Positions 29,234 to 38,703 of a stretch of DNA of 64,000 nucleotides are shown here, one piece after another. A program made the position numbers and the translations under genes. The DNA lies in the IMG/VR virus record IMGVR_UViG_3300018080_000009, positions 40,015 to 104,014 of that record; one strand, 5' to 3'. The number at the start of each line of letters is the position of its first letter. Positions within the stretch are counted from its first letter, which is position 1. The notes beneath the pieces were generated by a model that worked only from the letters and a program-made list of their open reading frames with translations, did not search any database and was not told the origin of the DNA. Source of the stretch: a virus.

Positions 29234-29438
29234 GAAGCTTCACATAGTTTATCGTTCTCCAAAGGGAAGAGTTGTAGGATATAATGGATACGGGATTAGA
29301 CTTTTTCTAGAGGAGAATGGCCCTAAGGCATATTGGTTATGGTCTATGAATGTAGATAAGGATGTGAATTCAGATAAAAAAGCTGAATGGGTTGACGATA
29401 TAGAGAATGCAGATGCCCAGAACCCTGACACTGATTAA
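29220..29438 (+). CDS. hypothetical protein
   Basis: ORF overlap pattern. Confidence 0.5.
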   Translation: MKNSEKLHIVYRSPKGRVVGYNGYGIRLFLEENGPKAYWLWSMNVDKDVNSDKKAEWVDDIENADAQNPDTD

Positions 29439-29808
29439 TGTTGATTCGAAGATTTCTCGTAGTGGAGAATCTGTTGGTGTTGTTATTAAGGTTGATTTAA
29501 AAGGTAAAGTCGATAGGTATGATATGACTGCCAGTCAATTGGTTCAGTTTCTTGAACCTTACGAGATATTGGGTATTGCACCCCAAGAAAATGGTCAGAT
29601 TGTTATTGTTGGCAGGAAGAAGTTGCGATGTGTTAATTGTGATTTTTGGGTTCGTGACAGTGTTCATGGTGGTGAGTGTATTAATGATAATTTTCGAAAT
29701 GCTAGGACTTTAGGTGATCCTGACAAAGAATACTGTCATTTGACCAGTGAATACAGTGGAGAGAATTGTAACTTTCATTCCTATTATAAGACGGGAAAGA
29801 GGGGTTGA
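29407..29808 (+). CDS. hypothetical protein with Cys cluster
   Basis: CVNC...C...C. Confidence 0.6.
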   Translation: MQMPRTLTLINVDSKISRSGESVGVVIKVDLKGKVDRYDMTASQLVQFLEPYEILGIAPQENGQIVIVGRKKLRCVNCDFWVRDSVHGGECINDNFRNARTLGDPDKEYCHLTSEYSGENCNFHSYYKTGKRG

Positions 29809-29811
29809 AGT

Positions 29812-30321
29812 ATGCTGAATAAACGTGTGTTGAATGCATTGATAAAATGTCGTGAGGAATGTCATCAGAGGATGAAGGACATTGAGAAGGATAGGGTTTC
29901 TTTGAGAGAAGAGGAATTAGCCCTCGGTGAGAAGTTGGAACAGCTTAATAGGACGATTAGCTTATTTGCTTATGATGAAGATACTCCAAAGAAACGTAAG
30001 GGCAGGAAACGTGGTCCAAAAGGTATTAGATTCAAGAATACCGATCCGTTAGACATCCCGATTGAGATGTTCGCTTCTGTACGGAATCCGAGTCAAGCTG
30101 CAAAAATATGTCAAGATGTCAGGAGTATTTTGGGAAGTCAAAAAGGATACCTTACATTAGATGATATAATTCCCCTGCTGGCAGCCAAGCATTCGTATGC
30201 TAAGGGGATAGCGTTTAAAAGTACCCTTTCTAGGGTTATGAAAGCAGCCAGAGAAGCTGGAGGAAAGAACTGGCTAGTCTACAGTAAGGAAGGACAGAAG
30301 AACCTGTATAAGCACATTTAG
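29812..30321 (+). CDS. hypothetical protein, coiled coil + basic region (putative DNA binding)
   Basis: KKRKGRKRGPKG. Confidence 0.6.
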   Translation: MLNKRVLNALIKCREECHQRMKDIEKDRVSLREEELALGEKLEQLNRTISLFAYDEDTPKKRKGRKRGPKGIRFKNTDPLDIPIEMFASVRNPSQAAKICQDVRSILGSQKGYLTLDDIIPLLAAKHSYAKGIAFKSTLSRVMKAAREAGGKNWLVYSKEGQKNLYKHI

Positions 30322-30329
30322 GGTTTGAA

Positions 30330-31091
30330 ATGGGAAAAAAGAATCTGTATGTGGAGTTGAGGGAGTTGGAGGAGGAACGTTGGAGACATGTACTGGCTAT
30401 GGGATATTTTGTTTCTTCGAATGGATATGATGCTTCAAAATTATGGGAAATAGATTCGAGCAAAAATATAATCAATGAGATTCTGATGGAGAGAAGCGAT
30501 TTTGTTTTAGACCAGTTGTCCAAAAAGATTCAAATTATCAGAGATGCTTTGGTGGTAAAGAATCAAGGTCTTGTATATAGAATAGTCAAGCATAGGGTTA
30601 AGAGATCAGTGGGAATATTGGATTTAGAGGATTTTCAGATTTATGGTACTCTAGGTCTTATGGTGGCTCTGGATAGATTTGATGTGAATAGGAAACTTCA
30701 GTTCAGTACTTATGCTTCGTCTTGGATTGTAGCTTATGTTCTAAGAGCACTTGGAAAACATGGTTCAGCAGTCAGGAATCCATTGCGTAAAGGTGTTTTG
30801 GCCAAGGTCATTTCGATAGAAGAACGTGTCAATGATGTTCAGACTATTAAAGATACTTTGGTATTGGAAGAGAAAGAGGATACAAGTCATCATTCAGGTA
30901 TAAGCGAAGATCAGGTACGAAAAGCAATGCTCAAGCTACCCAGCAGACATAAGAAAATATTGATGGAGAGATTCTATGAGGACAAGACGTTGAAGCAAGT
31001 TGGAGAAGAGATGGATCTTAGTAGAGAGAGAATCCGACAGTTGCAAAATGATGCTTTAAATGAACTGAGATATGACTTGGGGGTGAATTGA
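30330..31091 (+). CDS. sigma70-family RNA polymerase sigma factor
   Basis: Region 2 NQGLV..GLMVALDRFD..FSTYASSWI; region 4 TLKQVGEEMDLSRERIRQLQNDAL. Confidence 0.93.
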   Translation: MGKKNLYVELRELEEERWRHVLAMGYFVSSNGYDASKLWEIDSSKNIINEILMERSDFVLDQLSKKIQIIRDALVVKNQGLVYRIVKHRVKRSVGILDLEDFQIYGTLGLMVALDRFDVNRKLQFSTYASSWIVAYVLRALGKHGSAVRNPLRKGVLAKVISIEERVNDVQTIKDTLVLEEKEDTSHHSGISEDQVRKAMLKLPSRHKKILMERFYEDKTLKQVGEEMDLSRERIRQLQNDALNELRYDLGVN

Positions 31092-31459
31092 TGATTATCG
31101 ATGAGAAATTACGTGAGATTCAGGCTAAGGTTTTGGAAGAGTCTTTATGTACTGCTACTGAAGGAGAATCTTGGGAAACAGACTCAAGGAGTTTGGCTGA
31201 GGTAATAAAGGAGCTTGAGTCTCTGATGACTAGGAGGAGTAATCTAGAGAAATACTTACGCGAATATGTTAAGACCAATCCCAAGGGGTATTTCTTGTTA
31301 GAGCATTATGGATTTAATCCGTTTCCGTTAGAGATGCAGGAAATTAAATTAGAACCGTCTGAGTGGAAGAATTCATTGTTTCCGATGTTTGTTCTTCCAG
31401 GTCCAATAGGAGTAGACGATGATAAAGAGAGAGAAGGGTGGATATGTAGTGTACTCTGA
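31088..31459 (+). CDS. hypothetical protein
   Basis: ORF in operon context. Confidence 0.55.
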   Translation: MMIIDEKLREIQAKVLEESLCTATEGESWETDSRSLAEVIKELESLMTRRSNLEKYLREYVKTNPKGYFLLEHYGFNPFPLEMQEIKLEPSEWKNSLFPMFVLPGPIGVDDDKEREGWICSVL

Positions 31460-31556
31460 TGATGGCAAGAAGAAGTTATCGAAAGTGTACAAGAAAAAAT
31501 CCGAAGCTGATAAGAGACTCAAGCAGATCGAATGGTTCAAAAACAAAGGTAAGTAG
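31419..31556 (+). CDS. 45-aa basic phage protein (not in ORF track)
   Basis: MIKREKGGYVVYSDDGKK...KRLKQIEWFK with AGGAG RBS. Confidence 0.6.
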   Translation: MIKREKGGYVVYSDDGKKKLSKVYKKKSEADKRLKQIEWFKNKGK

Positions 31557-31571
31557 TAGAAAGGATAGGCC

Positions 31572-32471
31572 ATGGCGCTTGCGGACTTATTGAAGAAAGT
31601 CCATGGGCCAGATAAGTTGTCTCCGTCTCTAGATCTTTTCATTCATAGGAGAGATGCAGATTATAGAGAACCTGGATGGCATCCGTCTAGCTTTTGTGGA
31701 GTATGTGTACGTCGATTGGTTTTAGAAAGACTTTTGGGTAATGCAATTAAGTCAAAGAAAACAGATCCAAAAAAGCAACGTATTTTCGATGTAGGTAAGG
31801 CTCTGCATAGGTGGTATCAGGAGGAATACTTTGGGAAGATGGGAATTCTCTGGGGTATGTGGAAATGTTCAGTTTGTGGGTATGTTTCTTGGGGGTTTCA
31901 GCCAAAGGAATCGTGTGATTGTGTAAAGCGCATATCTCAGATGTCTAAGTTTCCACCGATGAAAATGGTATGGGAATATAAGGAAGTGCCTGTTAGAGGA
32001 AACTTGCCCGGGTTTGAAGAGAGGGTAGTGGGTCATGGTGATGGTTTAGTTTTTCTGAAGAATAAATGGTATCTATTGGAATTGAAGACAATTAACTCAT
32101 GGGGATTCGGTAAGCTTCAAGGTCCTATGCACAGTCATTTTCTTCAGTCTCAGATATATGGTGAATTGATAACACAAGGCATGGTTCCAGTACCGGTAGG
32201 AATTACGATTCCGAGGCCGAGTGGTATTATTGTCTTTTATATCGACAAGAATACTTCCAGTGAGAAAGAATACCTTGTTGAATTGGATTCTAAGATAGGT
32301 ATTCAGGAACTTTCCCGACCTTTGAGAGTAGAGCAGGCTATGGCTAGCAGATTGTTTCCAGAAAGAGAAGAAGCATGTGTAAATGCTTTGAAAAATCCAG
32401 CCAAGTCATGTCCAGTTGGTTCATACTGTTTTGGGTCTAAGACTTGGGATGAATTAGAACACGTAGTATAG
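31572..32471 (+). CDS. Cas4-like PD-(D/E)XK exonuclease
   Basis: HPSS..C.R, G..LH, GHGDG, ELKT, Q..IY, terminal C..CP...C. Confidence 0.85.
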   Translation: MALADLLKKVHGPDKLSPSLDLFIHRRDADYREPGWHPSSFCGVCVRRLVLERLLGNAIKSKKTDPKKQRIFDVGKALHRWYQEEYFGKMGILWGMWKCSVCGYVSWGFQPKESCDCVKRISQMSKFPPMKMVWEYKEVPVRGNLPGFEERVVGHGDGLVFLKNKWYLLELKTINSWGFGKLQGPMHSHFLQSQIYGELITQGMVPVPVGITIPRPSGIIVFYIDKNTSSEKEYLVELDSKIGIQELSRPLRVEQAMASRLFPEREEACVNALKNPAKSCPVGSYCFGSKTWDELEHVV

Positions 32472-32480
32472 GAGGAGAAA

Positions 32481-32672
32481 ATGCATAGTGATCCTATCAC
32501 TTTGAACGAGAAATTGAGTAAAATGGGATATACTCACAAACGAGCTGAGAACCACAATAAAACGGGTAAGCATGACATCCTGGATAAGGATGAGAAGATT
32601 TTGTTCACCGGTACAGCCTCCCAAGTTTGGGAATGGTTGAAGGGGTTAGAGATTAAGAAGAAACAGGAGTAA
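32481..32672 (+). CDS. hypothetical protein
   Basis: AGGAGG RBS. Confidence 0.6.
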   Translation: MHSDPITLNEKLSKMGYTHKRAENHNKTGKHDILDKDEKILFTGTASQVWEWLKGLEIKKKQE

Positions 32673-32675
32673 GAC

Positions 32676-33182
32676 ATGTCAGAATCGGTTGTGAAGGATT
32701 CGAAGACTCTGAAGAGAGCTCGTACAAAAATGAAGGAATTGGGGATTCCTTTGCCCGAGAAGGGCGATCCAAAAGCACATGTTTCATGGCCAGGGAATGT
32801 CGGGGACTTGAGTTCTGAAGAAATTGCTCAGCATATGACTTGGTGGACTGCATGGTCGGGATTTGTTCGATATGAGTTGGCTGAGGTTGAGACAAACGTT
32901 GCTGCCCTAACTGCTGAGTTAGAGTTGGTCAAAGGTGAAGCCATGCATAAGTCTGAAGGAGATTACAAAACAGTTACTGAGTTGAAGGCTGCTGTAGCAC
33001 AGATGTCTTCGGTCCAGACTGCTGAGGCTATGGTATTAGAAGCTTCGGCCACGAAGAGGATGCTGAAGGCATTGTTGGTAGGGTACGAGGAGAAATATCA
33101 GACGATCTCCAGAGAAGTATCCAGGAGGCAGGGAGACAGGGAAGAAGCGAATTCTGGCAACAGCAGAAGGTTTCAAAGATGA
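32676..33182 (+). CDS. coiled-coil protein, UvsY-like recombination mediator candidate
   Basis: Helical, ends ISREVSRR, lies between exonuclease and resolvase. Confidence 0.45.
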   Translation: MSESVVKDSKTLKRARTKMKELGIPLPEKGDPKAHVSWPGNVGDLSSEEIAQHMTWWTAWSGFVRYELAEVETNVAALTAELELVKGEAMHKSEGDYKTVTELKAAVAQMSSVQTAEAMVLEASATKRMLKALLVGYEEKYQTISREVSRRQGDREEANSGNSRRFQR

Positions 33183-33616
33183 AGTATTATCTAGGAATAG
33201 ATCCAGGATATTCTGGGGCAATGGCAATAGTCAATGAAGAGGGTATAGCTACTGCTTCAATTAAGCTCTCGGAAACTGAGACGGATCTGTATGATTGGTT
33301 GAAGTATAGGATTAAGGAACATGGCATTCGGTTTGCTTACCTTGAAAAAGTTCATTCAATGCCACGTCAGGGAGTATCTTCAAGCTTCAAGTTTGGCAAG
33401 TCTTTTGGATTTTGTATCGGTCTGATTACTGCCATGTGTGTTTCTTGGGATTTTGTATCTCCTCAGAAATGGCAGAAAGAATTGGGATGCCTGACTAAAG
33501 GAGATAAGAACGTGACCAAGAAATTAGCCCAGAGATTGTGGCCAGATATGAAAATAACTCATGCCATTGCAGATGCTTTGTTAATAGCCGAATATACAAG
33601 ACGAACAAGAGCTTGA
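33179..33616 (+). CDS. ruvC: RuvC-like Holliday junction resolvase
   Basis: GIDPG, LEKV, PQKWQK, ADALLIA. Confidence 0.88.
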   Translation: MKYYLGIDPGYSGAMAIVNEEGIATASIKLSETETDLYDWLKYRIKEHGIRFAYLEKVHSMPRQGVSSSFKFGKSFGFCIGLITAMCVSWDFVSPQKWQKELGCLTKGDKNVTKKLAQRLWPDMKITHAIADALLIAEYTRRTRA

Positions 33617-33689
33617 TTAGTTTCGGTTCCTGTTTTAGGATAGATCAGATACTAAGTAGACAGGGAATTGACACAGGAGGAGCTAAAAC

Positions 33690-33971
33690 ATGGACCAACA
33701 ACAAGAGAAATTTATTTCTTTGAAGGTTGCCGGTAAGTCTGAAGCCGCTAAAGTAGCGGGATCAATCGTCAAGAATATGCAGGAAGGCAAGAGGGTAGAG
33801 CTTTTGGCTATGGGAGCTGGTGCAGTGAATCAAGCTGTAAAGGCGATTTGTATAGCCAGGGGTATGGTAGGATCTCACGGGTGGAATTTGTATACAATTC
33901 CGGGATTCAAAGACGAGGTAGTGAAGGGGATTTCCAAGACAGCTATCCGATTCAGTATTGTAAAGGAATAG
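33690..33971 (+). CDS. spoVS: SpoVS family (Alba-like) protein
   Basis: LKVAGKS..KVAGSI, AMGAGAVNQAVKAICIARG, PGF, TAIRF. Confidence 0.92.
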   Translation: MDQQQEKFISLKVAGKSEAAKVAGSIVKNMQEGKRVELLAMGAGAVNQAVKAICIARGMVGSHGWNLYTIPGFKDEVVKGISKTAIRFSIVKE

Positions 33972-33973
33972 TC

Positions 33974-34426
33974 ATGGGGAAGTGGAGAGTAACAAAGCGT
34001 ATCGAATTTGATGCTGCACACAGGCTTTGTAATTATGTAGGAAAATGTTCAAATGTTCATGGACACCGGTATGCAGCAGAATTCACTTTTTCTAGTGATA
34101 GGTTAACTGATCAGGGTTTTGTCGTAGATTTTGGTGACATCAAGAGATTGATTGGTAATTGGATCGATGAGTATTGGGATCATGCTTTGATACTTAAAGA
34201 AGGTGATGAGGCTGTGAATATATCTTTGTCAGATGCCAAAGTTTATTACATGGATAAGTCTAATCCTACGGCTGAAAATATGGCTGAATATCTGTGGAAT
34301 AAAGCTTTCGAGCTTTTTGATAAGGAGAGCATAATCGACTATACGCGTGAGCATGAGTATAGAATTCGGTTAGAGAAGGTTCGGGTATATGAGACTCCTA
34401 CGAGTTGGGCGGAGTATATGAGATGA
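33974..34426 (+). CDS. queD: 6-carboxy-5,6,7,8-tetrahydropterin synthase
   Basis: FDAAHRL, C..VHGH, VDFG, DH, PTAEN, VYET. Confidence 0.93.
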   Translation: MGKWRVTKRIEFDAAHRLCNYVGKCSNVHGHRYAAEFTFSSDRLTDQGFVVDFGDIKRLIGNWIDEYWDHALILKEGDEAVNISLSDAKVYYMDKSNPTAENMAEYLWNKAFELFDKESIIDYTREHEYRIRLEKVRVYETPTSWAEYMR

Positions 34427-35124
34427 AGACATATAACGTAAGTGAGATATTTCTGTCCATTCAGGGTGAAGGTAGATCCGTAGGGTCTCCCGCAGTATTT
34501 GTTCGATTAGCTGGTTGCAACAGAAAATGTGAATTTTGCGATACTGATCATATGGTTCAGGAAGAAATGTCTTCAATGACTATCCGAAGGCGTGTCAGAG
34601 AATTAATTGAAGATTGTGAAGACATGTTGATAGTTCTGACTGGTGGAGAACCTCTGATGCAGATGGATCAGGAATTGCTGCATTATTTGTCAGGCATGGG
34701 CAAGGTATGTCTTGAGACAAATGGCGAGCTATGTGAAAATTTTTCAAAAAGGTTTGATGCCAAGTTTTATGACATTGTATTAAGCCCTAAGTCTCAGAAG
34801 ATAGATTCAGAATTTTTGCAAATGGTGGATACATTTAAGTTACTTGTCCCGTATCCGAAGGAGTTGGATGAGGAGAAGGTCAGAGCCATGATTACGATGG
34901 CTCAAAGGGGTGGTCCCAAAGAATTAATACTCCAGCCTCAAACGCATCCAGGATTGTTTCAGCTGGACGATACGAGGTCTATTCGTCTAGTAGGTGGAGA
35001 TGTCTTGGTTAAGTGGAGAATGAACTGTGAAAAGGCACTGAAGCTGTCTCTCAGGTGGAGACGACAGTACAATGAAAATTGGAGAGTAATACCTCAAACA
35101 CATCGATTCATGGAAATGAGATAA
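34423..35124 (+). CDS. queE: 7-carboxy-7-deazaguanine synthase (radical SAM)
   Basis: EIFLSIQGEG, RLAGCNRKCEFCDT, TGGEP, ETNG, SPK, QTH. Confidence 0.93.
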   Translation: MKTYNVSEIFLSIQGEGRSVGSPAVFVRLAGCNRKCEFCDTDHMVQEEMSSMTIRRRVRELIEDCEDMLIVLTGGEPLMQMDQELLHYLSGMGKVCLETNGELCENFSKRFDAKFYDIVLSPKSQKIDSEFLQMVDTFKLLVPYPKELDEEKVRAMITMAQRGGPKELILQPQTHPGLFQLDDTRSIRLVGGDVLVKWRMNCEKALKLSLRWRRQYNENWRVIPQTHRFMEMR

Positions 35125-35133
35125 GGAGAAGTC

Positions 35134-35520
35134 ATGACAGATGAGAAGATCATGGTAGATACGTATAGAGAAGGAGATGAGGAACCGACTCAAGCTCAAG
35201 AACCTAAGCTAACAGACGTTTCAGAAGAGGAGCAACAGGAAGAAGAGATTCCTTTGTCGGCAGTATTACTTCTCAAGTACAAGGATCGGGTAGAAATAGC
35301 CCCAAAAGGATTGGGAATCGAAGTAGATCATGAGGCATCTGCACGGGAGATCCGTGACATAGTTCATTCAGTGTACTGTGATTTCGATACCATGATTAAG
35401 GGCAAGGAAGCAGCTAAGGCTATGGCAACGACTCTTGTCCAGGCTTCGAGGGTTATTCAGCCTCCGAAAATGGCTATGACTAACTTGATGAAAGGTATGC
35501 CAGGAGGGAGACCAAGATGA
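35134..35520 (+). CDS. hypothetical acidic protein
   Basis: AAGGAG RBS. Confidence 0.65.
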   Translation: MTDEKIMVDTYREGDEEPTQAQEPKLTDVSEEEQQEEEIPLSAVLLLKYKDRVEIAPKGLGIEVDHEASAREIRDIVHSVYCDFDTMIKGKEAAKAMATTLVQASRVIQPPKMAMTNLMKGMPGGRPR

Positions 35521-36077
35521 ATGAAGCCAAGCCACTGGTTGAGCTTTCGAAAGCCGTTGATATGATTCTGGAATCTGTTGGTGAGAATACGGTTAGAGAG
35601 GGTTTAAGAGAAACTCCAGCTCGAGTAGCAAACATGTATCTGGATTTGACCAGGGGATTGAGAGATCCAGCTCCAGAAATGACTACCTTTGATAAAGGGG
35701 ATAACGATCAGATGGTGACCATTATGGGCATAGATTATTGGTCTATGTGTGAGCATCATTTGATTCCTTTTTATGGACAGGTTCATATTGGGTATTTGCC
35801 TAACGATAGAATAGCTGGATTGTCTAAGTTTGCCAGAATAACAGATTGGTATGCAAAAAGACCACAGATTCAGGAACAGATGACGGCCCAGATTGCTGGA
35901 CATCTGATGAGACAATTAGAACCCAAGGGTGTGATAGTGGTAGTAGAGGGTACGCATTTGTGTATGGCAATGCGTGGGGTTAGGAAGCCCAATCATGTTA
36001 CGATGACTTCAGCTATCCGAGGAAACATACCTAAGTCTGAGTTTCTTGATCTGCTCAAGATTCATAAAGGTAAATAA
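35517..36077 (+). CDS. folE: GTP cyclohydrolase I
   Basis: GLRETPARVA, CEHHLIPF, GLSKFAR, QIQE, HLCMAMRG. Confidence 0.95.
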   Translation: MNEAKPLVELSKAVDMILESVGENTVREGLRETPARVANMYLDLTRGLRDPAPEMTTFDKGDNDQMVTIMGIDYWSMCEHHLIPFYGQVHIGYLPNDRIAGLSKFARITDWYAKRPQIQEQMTAQIAGHLMRQLEPKGVIVVVEGTHLCMAMRGVRKPNHVTMTSAIRGNIPKSEFLDLLKIHKGK

Positions 36078-36478
36078 TGCGTGATTGGGGAGGCAAGAAG
36101 CCGATAGCTGTCGTAGATATCGATGGAGTATTGGCTACAGGCACAGTGGAAGATGTTTATTCAGAAGATGCTGGATGGGCATTTGGTAAATGTAGTCCAA
36201 TTTTTGAAGGGATCGAAATCTTGAATAGGCTTCGTGAGCAAGATGTGAAAATAGTGCTTCATACGGCCAGATGGGAAGATGACAGAGCAGTTACCGAGCA
36301 TTGGTTGAGTTCACATGAAGTAGCTTATGATGAGTTGATAATGGGCAAGCCTAGTGCAGACATCTATATTGATGACAAGAACTTTCCAGTTCCTTTCATT
36401 CCGGAGGATTGGGATTTAGATCGGGCCATTAATTACATTTTAGATGAAATCGAAAGCAATCGTGGGAAGAGAACATAA
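36077..36478 (+). CDS. HAD-superfamily phosphatase
   Basis: DIDGVL, HTAR, GKP, YIDDK. Confidence 0.85.
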   Translation: MRDWGGKKPIAVVDIDGVLATGTVEDVYSEDAGWAFGKCSPIFEGIEILNRLREQDVKIVLHTARWEDDRAVTEHWLSSHEVAYDELIMGKPSADIYIDDKNFPVPFIPEDWDLDRAINYILDEIESNRGKRT

Positions 36479-37623
36479 TGGAGAGAACAGTTCCAGACGT
36501 TTCTAAGCAGGAAGGTAAGTTCGAGAAGAGGTGGTCTAAGAGTTTTGAGAAGATGCAAGTACTCAAGGCAGAATGGCTTATTACCAGAAAATGCGATTTG
36601 AAATGTTCTTACTGTAGGATTATAGATTCGTCTTCTTTGCATGGTAGGCCGGAATTGACTACTCAGCAATTGATCGATGTAGTCAAGATGTTTGCAGATC
36701 AATGGCCTGGGGCACCGCTGGTAGTTTATGGTGGAGAACCTTGTACTAGGGATGATTTGCCTGAGTTGATTAGTGCTGGTAGGGAGTATGGTGTAAAGCT
36801 TCCTGTCATTTCGAATTCTCTGAGGATTATGAGGGATGAAGATTTTCGTGAGAGGCTAGTACGTTCTGGCCTAGAAAATTGGTCTGTTTCGTTTGATGGA
36901 GCTTGGGAAGATCAAACTGTGGATAAGGCTTCGTTTTTGAAATCTGATAAGGGATTCAAGGCTCTTCAGATGTTCAGAGATAAGTATGGTATTAGGGATT
37001 TGGTAGCATGTGTTACAGTGACAAATAGGAATATAGATAATCTTCCTCAGATTCTTCAGTATCTGACGAGGGAAGGTATTCATGCCATATTTACTCCCTT
37101 ACATATTGGGGGCCCAGAGTATGAATATGGTCAAGGAAATCCAGATGACTTGCCTTCTCAGAAACAATTAGATGAAGTGTCTCCACAACTTTATTCGATG
37201 GTGAAGTCGGGTAGGTATCTTTGTTCTAATGATGCAGCGTGGTTTAATGTGTAGCCAGAGCATTTTCGGAAACAAGATTGGATGTGTAATGATAAAGGTC
37301 TGGTGACCATAGATGCCGATGGTTCGTTGAAGTATTGTGTAGACATTGCATTTAGGGAAGAGGATACGATGTTTGTCTGGGAGCTTTCTACGGAAGAAGG
37401 TCAGAGAAAGTTTCTGAAGACCATTCAAAAAGGTCCTGTGTGTAAAGGGTGTTTGTGGAATCCAGCTTACGAATGTATTAAGAGAGCAAGGGATCCTGAA
37501 ATAGGTATCGATGAAGGGAGAAAGCGTTCACGACATTACGTTGATGAAAAGAGGATAGATATTTTATATGGGGGTGCTGGTAAGTATTTCAAAGGTAATC
37601 CTGAGTTGAAAGTATGTAGATGA
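36478..37623 (+). pseudogene. radical SAM + SPASM protein interrupted by one in-frame TAG (37252-37254)
   Basis: CDLKCSYC, GGEP; same frame continues after TAG into C...IDADGSLKYC...CKGC...C. Confidence 0.8.
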
Positions 37624-37841
37624 GTGAGAAGGACGATAAAAAAGTTTTTAATCTAGTTAAAGGTGGTGGAAAACCAAATAAGCTCAAAAAGCTTCTGGAG
37701 GATTTCAAGGAAAATTTACCTATCTTGATTGAATATTCAGAACCGAATGCAAAATTATGTATGGCTAGGTATAAAGCTTTCTTGGCCGAAGGATTTGATT
37801 CTGTCCAAGCACTGTCCTTAACCATGAAAATGTTAGAGTAG
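37620..37841 (+). CDS. conserved small phage protein
   Basis: YKAFLAEGF..QAL motif. Confidence 0.65.
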   Translation: MSEKDDKKVFNLVKGGGKPNKLKKLLEDFKENLPILIEYSEPNAKLCMARYKAFLAEGFDSVQALSLTMKMLE

Positions 37842-37854
37842 TTTAGGAGAGATT

Positions 37855-38694
37855 ATGCCCAAGAAAAAGACATTGTCGTCTGTCGTTGTTGAGGAGCCAG
37901 GCATTACAGTTGCGATTCCAACGATAGGTAGGGTAGAAACGCTTCCTGCTGTAATAACGTCGGTGTGTTTCCAGACGTATTCTGTCGGTGAAATAATCAT
38001 TCTTGATGAAGCTAAGACTCCAATTATGGAATCGTATGCAGTGAATCAAGCGTTAGACGTATTGTCTATCAGGAATGGTGTAGAGATAAAGGTCATTCGA
38101 AGTCGTAGAAGGGGAGGTATTGGTGCAGCTAGATTGAAGTTGGCTGAAGAAGCTTTGAATGATCGTATTATGATGATTGATGATGATGTGGTTTTGAATC
38201 CGGCATGTATAGAACATTTGTATAATGCACTTCAGGATTATGAGGTTCCGTGGGCAGTACCGACCTGTTTCTTAGTACCGGCTAATTTAGAGTTGGATGG
38301 ATACATAGATACTTTGGTTGATGCTGAAGATCCGAAGGTGGTATCATGGACAGAAAAGTATCCGTGGTTTGTTCCGTATTTTCGATATTTGGGATCCATA
38401 GAGAGGAAGATACCTGTAGCTGGTACGCAAAGCATTATGCTTTCTAAAAGAGAATTGCTTTCTAAAGCTGGGGATATGTGGAAGCTAGGCAATCTTCCGA
38501 GAGAAGATACCTATATGACTAAGAAGATGGGTCCAGGCATGTTTATTTCGAGAGCAGAATGTCTACATTATGAACACCCTTCTCAATTGGATAGAGGAAA
38601 TTGGGGTAAGTCTACGTTTTATCGTCTACATGAAGCTATAATGACAGATCCAGATGGGTTTCTGTCCATGATGAAGAAGAATGGTGTAGATTAG
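37855..38694 (+). CDS. glycosyltransferase, GT-A/GT2 family
   Basis: VAIPT, IILDE, G.GAAR, MIDDDV, RED. Confidence 0.85.
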   Translation: MPKKKTLSSVVVEEPGITVAIPTIGRVETLPAVITSVCFQTYSVGEIIILDEAKTPIMESYAVNQALDVLSIRNGVEIKVIRSRRRGGIGAARLKLAEEALNDRIMMIDDDVVLNPACIEHLYNALQDYEVPWAVPTCFLVPANLELDGYIDTLVDAEDPKVVSWTEKYPWFVPYFRYLGSIERKIPVAGTQSIMLSKRELLSKAGDMWKLGNLPREDTYMTKKMGPGMFISRAECLHYEHPSQLDRGNWGKSTFYRLHEAIMTDPDGFLSMMKKNGVD

Positions 38695-38703
38695 GAGAGA
38701 TTC

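Noticed and set aside
31572-32471. Cas4 as part of a CRISPR-Cas system
   Set aside because: Sits among recombination genes 15 kb from the Cas7-like gene; solo Cas4-like exonucleases are common in phages
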